The translations under genes were made by a program, and so were the position numbers. Positions 8,717 to 17,958 of a stretch of 64,000 bases of DNA are shown piece by piece (within the stretch, counting starts at the first letter, position 1; each line of letters opens with the position of its first letter). The notes beneath the pieces were generated by a model. That model was not told the DNA's origin. It worked only from the letters and a program-made list of their open reading frames with translations, and did not search any database. The stretch is taken from NCBI GenBank assembly GCA_963710425.1, contig CAVQAR010000018.1, forward strand, positions 71,506-135,505, in the 5' to 3' direction. The DNA is from an uncultured delta proteobacterium (GTDB taxonomy: Bacteria > Desulfobacterota > Binatia > Binatales > Binataceae).

Positions 8717-9409
8717 TCACCCCTTCAAATTCTCGGCGAATAGCTTCAGGGTTCGCTCCCATGCGTCCTTTGCTTCCTCAGGACGATACACATCGGGACG
8801 GGTGTCGTTGAAGAATCCGTGCGAGCATCCTTTGTAGATCTTGACCTCGCCCCTCTTGTCGAATTTTTTCAGAGCCGCTGCGAGCCGATCGACGTCGGGC
8901 CGCTGGATCCATCCGTCGTTCTCGCCGTAGGCGTAGAAGACCGGACAGTTGAGCTGCTGGAGTTTTTCATCCGCCGGTATCTCGCCATAGAACGGAGCCG
9001 CGGCCGCGATCTCTTTGCTCTCGCACGGCAACAGCAGCGCGTAGCTGCCGCCCATACAGAATCCCGTGATACCGATGCGGCTCGAACGCGTCTCACTCTG
9101 CGCGCGCAGCCATTCCAGGGTGGTCTGAAGATCCTCGATGCCTTCTTCCTTCTTCAGTCCGCCCATGAGCTGCGCGGCGGTATTGGGATCAGTCGCGACC
9201 TTGTGGCCCTGGCGCGAGTACAAGTCGGGCGCGATCGCAAAGTAACCTTCGCGTCCCAGCCGCCGCGCAACGTCGCGGATATGCTCGTTCAGCCCCCACC
9301 ATTCCTGCACGACGATCGCCGCCGGCGACGTTGCCGCGCCCGCTGGCTCCGCCACAAATGCCTTAATCGTGCACGCCCGCCCTGCATAACTCACTTCATG
9401 CGTGACCAT
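8717..9409 (-). CDS. dienelactone hydrolase family protein
   Basis: 230 aa: AIVVQEWWGLNEHIRDVARRLGREGYFAIAPDLY..IGITGFCMGGSYAL..YKGCSHGFFND. Confidence 0.85.
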   Translation of the reverse strand: MVTHEVSYAGRACTIKAFVAEPAGAATSPAAIVVQEWWGLNEHIRDVARRLGREGYFAIAPDLYSRQGHKVATDPNTAAQLMGGLKKEEGIEDLQTTLEWLRAQSETRSSRIGITGFCMGGSYALLLPCESKEIAAAAPFYGEIPADEKLQQLNCPVFYAYGENDGWIQRPDVDRLAAALKKFDKRGEVKIYKGCSHGFFNDTRPDVYRPEEAKDAWERTLKLFAENLKG

Positions 9410-9483
9410 CTTTATTCACCTCGAAAATACAAACTGGTTTCGATGAACAATTTCCCCACTCGCGCAGGTTCTGCGCGCAGCAT

Positions 9484-10204
9484 TTATCCTCTAGCTTCAT
9501 TACTATTTGCGTTTTCAGCCGCCGTCGCGTCGCGCAGAGCCGCACGAGCGAGAATCCGCGTCGAGTCCAGGATCGGCAGCGACGATTCGGCGGGACTGAT
9601 GAGTAGTGGAATCTCGGTGCAGGCCAGCGCGACCGCATCGCAGCCATTGTCGCCAAGCTCGCGAATCACATTCTGAAAGTATGCGCGCGACTCCGGAACG
9701 AAACGCGCGTATACCAGTTCCTCATAGATGATCCGATTGATACGCGCGCGTTGTTCGGCGTTCGGAACTGCGATAGTCGATACCGGCCGGAGCCAGTTTG
9801 GACGGATACACGGGACCTTCCATCAGGTAGCGCGTTCCGAGAATCGCGAGCCGCTTGAACCCGCGCCGCCGCGCCTCGTTGGAAACTTCCTCGGCGATGT
9901 GAATCCACGGCGCCGGCGAATGCTCGCGCACCAGATCGAGCCCCTGATGAACCGTGTTGTCGGGACAAATCAGCAATTGTGCTCCGGCCCGGACGACCCT
10001 CGCCGCCGACTCCAGCATCATCTCACCCACCGCATCCCATCGGTCTTCATCAATCAGCCACTGATAGTTGCGCAGCGAGAATCCGTGCAGGCTTACCTCC
10101 GGATGGTCATGCGGGCCGAGCATCGCCGCCCCTTCAAGACAGATCGTGCGGTAACACAGCGCCGCACCTTCGGCGCTAACCGCAACAATACCGATATGCT
10201 TCAC
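9484..10204 (-). CDS. aspartate/glutamate racemase family protein, interrupted by one frameshift near 9770
   Basis: The N-part is ORF 9722..10204 (MKHIGIVAVSAEGAALCY..LLICPDNTVH). After ..APAGIDY the sequence continues as VPNAEQRARINRIIYEELVYARFVPESRAYFQNVIRELGDNGCDAVALACTEIPLL in the frame of ORF 9484..9669. Confidence 0.8.
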
Positions 10205-10264
10205 AGATCTGTTCGTTCCAAAAGCCGACGACTAACTAAAAATTTGTCCCCTGGCGCTCCCCAT

Positions 10265-11176
10265 CTACTCCGCGGCTGAGACTGGGATGAAACCGGTCGT
10301 GCCGTTCTTCAGCCGGATCTGCAAATAGTCGCCGGCGATACCGGTGACGTGAACGTACTTCTTGCGGCGTACTTCGCCGATGGTCGAGCTGGTCGAATCC
10401 GGGTTTTCATACACCGGCGAATTTTTGGTCAACAGAAAAAGTTTGTTGAGCGGCTTGATCTGCGGTGCCGCACCGCCTGGTGCCGGCGGAGGTACCGCCG
10501 CTACTGCGTTCGGCGGCGCGCCGGGCGGCGGCGCCATCGTAGCGGCGGTCGCGGCGGGCGCCGGCATCAACTTGGTGTCGAGTGCGCGCACTTCATCGAA
10601 TTCCGCATTGGACTCCGCCGCGCGACCCGGCTCCGACGCCAACAGATTCGCCAGCGCGAGGTGAGCCTTCGCATTCTTGGGATTGAGTCCGATCGCGGTG
10701 CGGATTTGATCTTCAGCTGCAGCGGTCTTGCCTTCCTGCCTGAGCACTTCGGCCAAATCCAGATGGTAGCTGTCGCGATCGGGCTCGAGCGCCACCGCGG
10801 CGCGGTACTGATTTTCCGCCAGACCGCGCTGGTTCTGATCACCATAGAGATTTCCGAGCGCGACATGGGTCGCCGCATTTTTCGGATCGATCTCGAGCAC
10901 CTTCATGAACTCGATTTGGGCGTCGCCGCCCTTGTGCTCGAACACGTAGAGATTTCCAAGCGCGATATGGACCCGGGGGTCGTTGGGCGCGATCTTCTGC
11001 GCATCCAGATACGCCACTTCCGCTTGGGGGAGCTGGTTCGCCTTCATGTCGGCGTCGCCTTCGGCGAGTAAGTCGTCGGCGGTTTTGTGATGGCATCCGG
11101 CCGCTATCAGGATCATCGCGCCGGCGACGATCATCGTCGTTATCCGGGCCGGTACGTTTCGATTCGTGTTCATCAA
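10265..11176 (-). CDS. TPR-repeat lipoprotein with C-terminal SH3-like domain
   Basis: Signal peptide plus lipobox LIAAGC. Several TPR units (ALGNLY.., DPKNAATHVALGNLY.., NPKNAKAHLALANLL), a Pro/Ala linker, and the C-terminal segment VYENPDSTSSTIGEVRRKKYVHVTGIAGDYLQIRL. Confidence 0.7.
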   Translation of the reverse strand: MMNTNRNVPARITTMIVAGAMILIAAGCHHKTADDLLAEGDADMKANQLPQAEVAYLDAQKIAPNDPRVHIALGNLYVFEHKGGDAQIEFMKVLEIDPKNAATHVALGNLYGDQNQRGLAENQYRAAVALEPDRDSYHLDLAEVLRQEGKTAAAEDQIRTAIGLNPKNAKAHLALANLLASEPGRAAESNAEFDEVRALDTKLMPAPAATAATMAPPPGAPPNAVAAVPPPAPGGAAPQIKPLNKLFLLTKNSPVYENPDSTSSTIGEVRRKKYVHVTGIAGDYLQIRLKNGTTGFIPVSAAE

Positions 11177-11404
11177 GTACGGTCCTCCGAGACCATCCGC
11201 TGCGATCGAGCAAGGATCGGACCAGTGGCGGAAAATTCTACAACCCTCGTGGAATTGAGCGGAAAACTAGTGTCAAGCATTCCAGTTCGCTCTCGGTTTT
11301 GCGCGCGAAACGGGTAATTCTTACATTCCGAACCCAGCGATGCCTAGTTGCGGCGGCAAACTTTCCGTTGGATGGCGGGATTTGTTAGGTTATAAAGATA
11401 CGCC

Positions 11405-12049
11405 GTGCGCTTCATCCTGATTGCCGCCAAGCAACTCGACTTCGCCAAGACCCGGCTCGCGCCGGTCCTGCCTCCCATTGAGCGTCGCGAGCTGGCCGAG
11501 GCGATGTTTCGCGACGTGCTGGCCAGTTCGCTCGGGAGTACCGCCGCCGACCACGTCGCTGTGGTGACCTCCGACGCGGGCCTGCTCGCGATGGCGCGGG
11601 CGGCCGGCGCGCTACTCATCGACGAGGAATATCCGCGCGGCCTGAACGTCGCGGTCGCGCTCGGGACCTCGGCTCTCATTGATCAGGGCGCGCGAACTGT
11701 TTGCACCGTCCTGTCTGACATCCCGCTGGTCGAGGCCGACGATATCGACGCGGTGTTTGCCGCGATGCCCGACGGACGCGGCGCCGTGCTGGTTCCGTCG
11801 CGCGATTTCTCCGGCACCAACATCATATGCCGCTCACCCGCCGACGCGGTCCCGACTCGATTCGGCCGCATGAGCCTGCTGCGGCATCTGGACGATTGCC
11901 GCGGTGCCGACGTTCCAGCTAGAGTGCTGCGACTTGCGCGGCCCGCGCTGGATCTCGACGTGATCGCCGATCTCGCCGAGTTCGAGCGCGCCGGGTCAGG
12001 CACGCATACTCAAAACCAGTTGGCCCGTCTCCACATTGCCCACCACTAA
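11405..12049 (+). CDS. cofC: 2-phospho-L-lactate (or PEP) guanylyltransferase, F420 biosynthesis
   Basis: MRFILIAAKQLDFAKTRLAPVL..RRELAEAMFRDVL..VLSDIPLVEADDIDAVF..VLVPSRDFSGTNIIC..FGRMSL..H..LDLDVIADL. GTG start. Confidence 0.75.
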   Translation: MRFILIAAKQLDFAKTRLAPVLPPIERRELAEAMFRDVLASSLGSTAADHVAVVTSDAGLLAMARAAGALLIDEEYPRGLNVAVALGTSALIDQGARTVCTVLSDIPLVEADDIDAVFAAMPDGRGAVLVPSRDFSGTNIICRSPADAVPTRFGRMSLLRHLDDCRGADVPARVLRLARPALDLDVIADLAEFERAGSGTHTQNQLARLHIAHH

Positions 12050-12066
12050 AAATTGAAAAACCGCTG

Positions 12067-12843
12067 ATGTCGATCGTTGAAATGATTGAGCGCCTCGGCG
12101 CTCTCGTGCTCGACAGCATTGTCCGCCTCGGCTGGTTCGTGCTTTTTTTGCTGGGATCGGTCTTCTATGTGTTCGTCCCGCCGTTCAAGCCGCGCCTGTG
12201 GATTCGGCAGATACGGACCATCGGGGCTGACTCGCTTTTCCTGATCATCCTGATCGGCGGCTTCACCGGCATGGTGCTCGGGCTGCAAGGGTACACCACG
12301 TTGCGCCGGTTTGGCTCCGAAGGCGCGCTGGGTACCGTCGTTGCCCTGGTGCTGGTGCGCGAGCTCGGTCCGGTGCTGGCCGCCATCATGATCACAGCGC
12401 GCGCCGGCTCCGCGATGGCGGCCGAGCTCGGCTCGATGCAAGCCACTGAACAGATCGACGCGCTCACCGTGATGGCGATCAATCCGGTGCAATACCTGGT
12501 CTCGCCGCGGATGCTCGCGGGCTTGTTCAGTTTTCCATTGCTGACCTCGATCTTCGACGTGGTTGGAATCTACGGCGGCTACATGGTCGGCGTCGGGCTG
12601 ATGGGCGCGCCGTCGGGCGCTTACTTCAACGGTATCGCCGCGAACATGAGCGGCCACGACATCAGGCTGGGCCTCTACAAGGCGATCGTCTTCGGCGTGA
12701 TCGTGATGTGGGTCTGTTGCTACAAGGGATACCACGCCGAACGGATGGCGACCGGGGTCAGCCGAGCCACTACTGAAGCCGTCGTGCTGTCGAGCGTCCT
12801 GATTCTGGCGTTCGACTATTTTCTCACGTCAATTCTTTTGTGA
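12067..12843 (+). CDS. mlaE: phospholipid ABC transporter permease MlaE
   Basis: 258 aa: RELGPVLAAIMITARAGSAMAAELGSMQATEQIDALTVMAINPVQYLVSPR. Confidence 0.9.
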   Translation: MSIVEMIERLGALVLDSIVRLGWFVLFLLGSVFYVFVPPFKPRLWIRQIRTIGADSLFLIILIGGFTGMVLGLQGYTTLRRFGSEGALGTVVALVLVRELGPVLAAIMITARAGSAMAAELGSMQATEQIDALTVMAINPVQYLVSPRMLAGLFSFPLLTSIFDVVGIYGGYMVGVGLMGAPSGAYFNGIAANMSGHDIRLGLYKAIVFGVIVMWVCCYKGYHAERMATGVSRATTEAVVLSSVLILAFDYFLTSILL

Positions 12844-12872
12844 TAACGCGGATCGATTTGATTTGGTAAGTC

Positions 12873-13700
12873 ATGAGCCAACCTGAAATCAGCCATCGCC
12901 AAAACGCTGTGGAGAGTCGCGCGACGGTGGGCAATGGCAATGCCGTCGAAGTGCGCGATCTGCACAAGCGCTTCGACCATCAGCAAGTGCTCGACGGTAT
13001 CGCGCTCGATTTCCCGGCCGGCCAGATCACGACCATCGTCGGCCCCAGCGGCAGCGGCAAGACCGTGCTGCTCAAGCATCTCAACCTCCTGCTGCGGCCG
13101 GATTCGGGCAGCATCGTGATCGACGGCGTGGACGTGACGAAAGTTGGCGGACGATCGTTGGATGCAGTTCGCGAAAAACTCGGGATGCTCTTTCAGTCCG
13201 GCGCGCTCTTCGATTCGATGTCAGTTTTCGACAACATCGCGTTCCCATTGGTCGAGAAAACGAAACTGACTCGCGAGGAGATCGCCGATCGCGTCCGCCA
13301 AACGCTGCAAGCAGTCGGGCTCGAGGGCATGGACAACAAGTTTCCCTCGCAGTTGAGCGGTGGGATGCAAAAGCGCGCCGCACTCGCGCGAGCTTTGATA
13401 CACCGCCCGAAAATCCTGATGCTCGACGAGCCGACCACCGGTCTCGATCCCACTCGAACCACCGCGATTCACGAACTTATCCGGCGCACCCAAATCGACT
13501 TTCACCTGACCGTCGTGATGGTCAGTCATGACGTGCCGGCGGTCTTCAGGATTTGCGACCGGGTCGCGTTCCTCCATAATGGCAAAACTCGTCTCAACGG
13601 CACGGTCGATGAAGTGATGGCGGCCGACGACGAGATCTTCAAACGCTTTCTGGCGGGCAAAGCATCCGGCGAGGAGAATGAGACGGCCCTCGCGGGCTGA
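12873..13700 (+). CDS. mlaF: phospholipid ABC transporter ATP-binding protein MlaF
   Basis: Walker A GPSGSGKT, signature LSGGMQKRAALARAL, Walker B ILMLDEPTTGLD. Confidence 0.9.
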   Translation: MSQPEISHRQNAVESRATVGNGNAVEVRDLHKRFDHQQVLDGIALDFPAGQITTIVGPSGSGKTVLLKHLNLLLRPDSGSIVIDGVDVTKVGGRSLDAVREKLGMLFQSGALFDSMSVFDNIAFPLVEKTKLTREEIADRVRQTLQAVGLEGMDNKFPSQLSGGMQKRAALARALIHRPKILMLDEPTTGLDPTRTTAIHELIRRTQIDFHLTVVMVSHDVPAVFRICDRVAFLHNGKTRLNGTVDEVMAADDEIFKRFLAGKASGEENETALAG

Positions 13701-13711
13701 GACAGAGCATT

Positions 13712-14266
13712 ATGTACGCAAGTCGAACCACGCAATTCATCGTCGGGATTTTCTCGATTCTGGGGATCATCGCGCTGGCGATTCTGTCGCTGTCGCTCGG
13801 CAAGATTCCGCTGTTCCCTCCGCCGGGGTACACCCTCTACGCAAGTTTCGATAATATCTCCGGCTTGAAGACCGGCGATCAGGTTCAACTGGCCGGCGTG
13901 CAGATCGGCAAAGTTGTGAATATCGGGATTAAGGATTATCGCGCGCGAGTTGCCCTGCGAGTAAATGAAGGCGTGCAGATCGACGAGGACGCGATCGCCG
14001 CGATCAAGACCAGCGGCATCATCGGTGACAAGTACGTGTCGATCCAGCTCGGTCCGAGCGATCACTACCTCAAGGACGGCGACACGATTCGGCAGACCCA
14101 GTCAGCCTTCGTGCTCGAGGACGCGATCGGCCAGCTGATCAACAGTTCCGGCAGCAGCAACAACTCTGATAAGGATTCAAAATCTTCGAGCACAGATTCG
14201 AAGACCTCGAACTGCAACTGCGCGGACACCAACGCAACCCAGAAGCCCGAAAAACCCAAGAAGTAA
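13712..14266 (+). CDS. mlaD: MCE-domain protein MlaD
   Basis: N-terminal TM followed by ASFDNISGLKTGDQVQLAGVQIGKV..ALRVNEGVQIDEDAIAAIKTSGIIGDKYVSI. Ser/Lys-rich tail. Confidence 0.85.
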   Translation: MYASRTTQFIVGIFSILGIIALAILSLSLGKIPLFPPPGYTLYASFDNISGLKTGDQVQLAGVQIGKVVNIGIKDYRARVALRVNEGVQIDEDAIAAIKTSGIIGDKYVSIQLGPSDHYLKDGDTIRQTQSAFVLEDAIGQLINSSGSSNNSDKDSKSSSTDSKTSNCNCADTNATQKPEKPKK

Positions 14267-14296
14267 CCGGCGCAAAACTGGACCGTATCTAAAAAA

Positions 14297-14965
14297 GTGA
14301 AAAATATGATGACGCCAAATTCAATCCAGCGATTCCTGCACCGACGCGCGATCGTAATCCTCACGTTGGCAGCGGTTCTCGTCGTCAGTCTTGCGCCGTC
14401 GCGCTTTATCGCGCCGGCCTGGGCCGACGATCCGATGTCGGTCGTGAAGACCACCGTCAACCAGGCCCTCGAGGTGCTGCAAGACAAGAGCACTCCGCTG
14501 GCCCAGCGCCAGGACAAGCTTCGCCAGATTGTCGCGCAGACTTTCGATTTCACCGAGATGGCGAAGTCGGCCCTCGGCTATCACTGGAAGGAGATCACGC
14601 CCGCTCAGCAGCAGGAGTTCACCAACGCATTCATCGCCTTCATCGAGGATTCTTACCTCAGCAAGATTAACGACTACCGCGGACAGGTGGTGAATTTCCT
14701 GCGGGTGTCGAACGAAGGACCTCAATACGCCCAGGTCGCCACCGACATCGTTCAGCCCAAAGGCGATGCGATCCATGTGAATTACCGACTCCTGCAAGAG
14801 GGCGGCACGTGGAAAATTTACGACGTGACGGTCGATGCGATCAGCATCATCGCGAACTATCGCAACCAGTTTAATCGCGTAATGAACAGTAAGGGCTATG
14901 ACACTCTAATTGCCGACTTGAAGGCCAAGCAGGCAGCTCTTGCCGCAAGTCTCGCCAACCACTAG
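14297..14965 (+). CDS. mlaC: MlaC/Ttg2D periplasmic phospholipid-binding protein
   Basis: Signal peptide followed by VKTTVNQALEVLQDK..RQDKLRQIVAQTFDFTEMAKSALGYHWKEITPAQQQEF..WKIYDVTVDAISIIANYRNQF. Confidence 0.85.
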   Translation: MKNMMTPNSIQRFLHRRAIVILTLAAVLVVSLAPSRFIAPAWADDPMSVVKTTVNQALEVLQDKSTPLAQRQDKLRQIVAQTFDFTEMAKSALGYHWKEITPAQQQEFTNAFIAFIEDSYLSKINDYRGQVVNFLRVSNEGPQYAQVATDIVQPKGDAIHVNYRLLQEGGTWKIYDVTVDAISIIANYRNQFNRVMNSKGYDTLIADLKAKQAALAASLANH

Positions 14966-15041
14966 TGGGTATGGATTCGACGAGGCTCGACAGGTAACTT
15001 CAAAGGTGGAATCCAGGACGATACCCGAATTGGAGACGCAA

Positions 15042-15856
15042 ATGAGATCTGGTCCGAAACAAATCAAAAAGACAGCAGTGCTATGGACGATGCTCGCGTC
15101 GTCCATGCTCGCCGTGGTTTCGTTTGCCACCCCGGGCTGGAGCCAGGACGTCGCTCCGCTCGCAACCGGGCATGACCGGCCGCCCAATCAGCGGCGCAGC
15201 CCCCGCCCGGCGAAAACCAGGGCGTTTACACCGATCCCTTGTCGGGGTTCAACGAGCCGATGTTCACCTTCAACCTCAAGCTTGACGATTGGGTGCTGCG
15301 ACCGGTCGCCAGCGGATACTCGTTCATCGCTCCGCAGCCGGTGCGCGAAGGCGTCGGCCGATTCTTTGACAACGTCAGCGTCATCCCGCGTTTCGCCAAC
15401 AACCTGTTCCAGCTCAAGCTGGCCGAGGCCGGCACCGAAGTCGCGCGCTTCGGAATCAACACGACACTCGGATTGGCGGGCTTCTTCGATCCTGCCGACT
15501 TATGGTTCGGGCTCGAAGAGCATCCCAACGATTTCGGCCTGACCATTCGCTACTACAATATTCCGACCGGCCCGTACGTGATGCTGCCGTTCTTCGGACC
15601 TTCCACTGTTGGCGACACGGTCGGGCTGGTGGCCGACGGTGCGATGGATCCGCTCAACTACCTGGTTCCGTGGTACGTAACGATTGCGGTGCACACCGGC
15701 CAGCGCGTGGTTGAGGCGGTGAACTACCGTTCGCTGCACATGAACCAGTTCGAGGAAGCCGATCGCTACGCGATCGATCTCTACGGCGCAGTTCAGGACG
15801 CATACCTGCAGACCCGGGCCCACGAGGTCAAGAAGCTCCACGAAGAAGAGTGGTAA
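15042..15856 (+). CDS. mlaA: MlaA/VacJ family outer-membrane protein, one frameshift near 15175
   Basis: The signal peptide (MRSGPKQIKKTAVLWTMLASSMLAVVSFA) is in the frame of ORF 14940..15542. The VacJ domain (DPLSGFNEPMFTFNLKLDDWVLRPVASGY..GLAGFFDPA..GPYVMLPFFGPSTVGD) is in the frame of ORF 15239..15856, which is open from 15176. Confidence 0.85.
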
Positions 15857-15888
15857 TCCAAAGCTGACTCGACTCTAAATTTGTCGCC

Positions 15889-15930
15889 AAACGCGCCGCG
15901 GAACAAAAGTCCCGCGGCGCGTTTCTTTTT
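15889..15930 (+). terminator. Rho-independent terminator after mlaA
   Basis: AACGCGCCGCGG-loop-CCGCGGCGCGTT followed by TCTTTTT. Confidence 0.7.
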
Positions 15931-15939
15931 GGTGCCCTA

Positions 15940-16040
15940 GAGCAAAGTAGTGCGCCGCGCGCAACTTTGCGATTGACACTGGGTGCAGGGGTCACCCCTG
16001 CCGCGGAAGTGTGAAACCCGCGGAGGGTTTCACATTAAAT
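15940..16040 (+). repeat. intergenic hairpin-repeat modules (GCAAAGT..ACTTTGC plus two-hairpin unit)
   Basis: GAGCAAAGTAGTGCGCCGCGCGCAACTTTGCG followed by CACTGGGTGCAGGGGTCACCCCTGCCGCGGAAGTGTGAAACCCGCGGAGGGTTTCACATTAAAT. Lies between the convergent genes mlaA and lipA. Confidence 0.9.
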
Positions 16041-16071
16041 CAAGTGATTTCCCCTTCCCCAGCCGCGCCCG

Positions 16072-16936
16072 CTACTGAACATGTTCCCACGCATGATACG
16101 AACTCCTCACCAGCGGCCCCGACTCCACATGATGGAACCCGAACGCGAGCGCCGCAGTCTTGATCTCCGCGAACTCCGCCGGCGGCACATATCGCGCCAC
16201 TGGAATATGATCGGCTGACGGCCGCAGATACTGCCCGAGCGTCAGGATGTCGCATTCGACCGCGCGCAAATCGCGGATCACGTCGAGCAGTTCGTCGTTA
16301 CTCTCGCCCAACCCGAGCATCACGCCCGCCTTGGTGAACATCGGCTTCCCGAGCCGTCGCGCAACAGTCTTTCGCATGACGGATCACGCCGAGCGATCGC
16401 GCGTAATTCCCGCCCGGCCGAACTGAACGGTAAAGACGGGGCACCGATTCAATATTGTGGTTGTAGATATCGATTGGCGATTCCACCACCGTCTCGACAC
16501 TCGCGAACGATCCCTGGAAGTCCGGCACCAGCACCTCGACTCGCGCCGGCTCGGGATTCGCTTTGATCGCGCGCGCAGTCGCCGCAAAATGCGCCGCGCC
16601 GCCGTCGGCCAGGTCGTCGCGATCGACCGACGTGACCACCACATGCTGCAACCCCAGCCGCGCGACGGCCTCGGCGATTCGGCGCGGTTCGTCGATGTCC
16701 AGCGGACGCACCTTGCCGTGCGCGACCGCGCAGTACGGGCAATTGCGCGTGCACACGTCGCCCATCAGCATGAAGGTGGCCGTGCGATGGGAAAAGCATT
16801 CGCCGATATTCGGACAGCACGCTTCCTGGCAAACCGAATGCAGCTTGAGCTCGCCGAGAATCGCCTTGGTCCGAAAGTACTCCGGCGAAACCGGCGCACG
16901 CACTTTGATCCAGTCCGGATGTTTCCGCTCAGCCAT
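16072..16936 (-). CDS. lipA: lipoyl synthase, one frameshift near 16375
   Basis: ORF 16298..16936 carries [13 protein letters not shown] and the radical-SAM motif [10 protein letters not shown]. The C-terminal part ([41 protein letters not shown]) is in ORF 16072..16377. The join lies at ..SLGVIRHAK / KTVARRLG. Confidence 0.9.
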
Positions 16937-17615
16937 CGCCAGCCATCACCCCAGGCGTCGGCCCGATTTGCGCGGCCTCCGCTGAAACCATCTCGTAATT
17001 GAAGACCCGCGCGAAACTCTCGCGCATCACCTCGGCAAACTCGCGCACTGACACCGCGCCCTTCGTCACCTCGCACACCGACGTCATGCGGCATCCCTCG
17101 ATCCCGCACGGCACGATCGAATCGAAATAGCTGAGCTCAGTGGATACGTTGAGCGCAAATCCATGCCACGTAGTCCAGCGCCGAATACCGACGCCGATCG
17201 ATGCGATCTTGCGCCCGCCAACCCACACCCCAGTCATCCCATCACGCCGTCCCGCGTCGATTCCAAATTTCGCGAGCGCATCAATCATCGCCGCCTCGAG
17301 CCTACGCAAATATTTGGTAACGTCGCGATCGCGCCCTTCAAGTTTAAGGATCGGATAGCCGATCAATTGCCCCGGCCCGTGATAAGTAACCTGCCCGCCA
17401 CGCGAAACCCGCCGAACCGGCACATCTTGCCGATCACCCACGATAAACCGCGCATCCGCTCCACGCCCAAGCGTAAAAACATGCGGATGCTCCATCATCA
17501 GCAGCGTATCCCCGACCCTCCCATCGATCCGCTTCGCCAGCATCTCAGTCTGCAAAGAAAGCGCGTCGTCATATTCGACCAATCCCAGATCGGCGACTGT
17601 CAGAGACCTTCGCAC
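16929..17615 (-). CDS. lipB: octanoyltransferase LipB
   Basis: LLMMEHPHVFTLGR..RGGQVTYHGPGQLIGYPIL..VWVGGRKIASIGVGIRRWTTWHGFALNV. Confidence 0.9.
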   Translation of the reverse strand: MRRSLTVADLGLVEYDDALSLQTEMLAKRIDGRVGDTLLMMEHPHVFTLGRGADARFIVGDRQDVPVRRVSRGGQVTYHGPGQLIGYPILKLEGRDRDVTKYLRRLEAAMIDALAKFGIDAGRRDGMTGVWVGGRKIASIGVGIRRWTTWHGFALNVSTELSYFDSIVPCGIEGCRMTSVCEVTKGAVSVREFAEVMRESFARVFNYEMVSAEAAQIGPTPGVMAGDG

Positions 17616-17635
17616 AACTACCTCTGCGCGATTGT

Positions 17636-17895
17636 CCCCCTTCCCTCGAGGGAAGGGGTTAGGGATAGGTTGTTAGGGGTTAGGTTCTCACTCATCGTTC
17701 GCTGCCGTCTTTGTGTCATTCAGAGCGAAGCGAAGAATCCCGAATCCTTCCTTTAGCGTCTTCGTCAAAACTCTATCGCTCCTGCATCATCCGCGATGCT
17801 CACATCGCCATCGAGCCCCGCCCCCTGAGAGCAAAGTAGCGCGCCGCGCGCAACTTTGCGCTTCTCACTGGGTGCAGGGGTCACCCCTGCCGCCC
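17636..17895 (+). repeat. cluster of intergenic repeat modules
   Basis: 22-nt perfect palindrome CCCCTTCCCTCGAGGGAAGGGG (17637-17658). G-tract GGGGTTAGGGATAGGTTGTTAGGGGTTAGG. TGTGTCATTCAGAGCGAAGCGAAGAATCCC (17711-17742). GAGCAAAGTAGCGCGCCGCGCGCAACTTTGCG followed by a truncated CACTGGGTGCAGGGGTCACCCCTGCC. Confidence 0.9.
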
Positions 17896-17958
17896 GCCGC
17901 GCAGGCGATTATTTCTTTCTTCGCCTTATTCTCATCGCCAATTGCGTTGATAGCTTCC

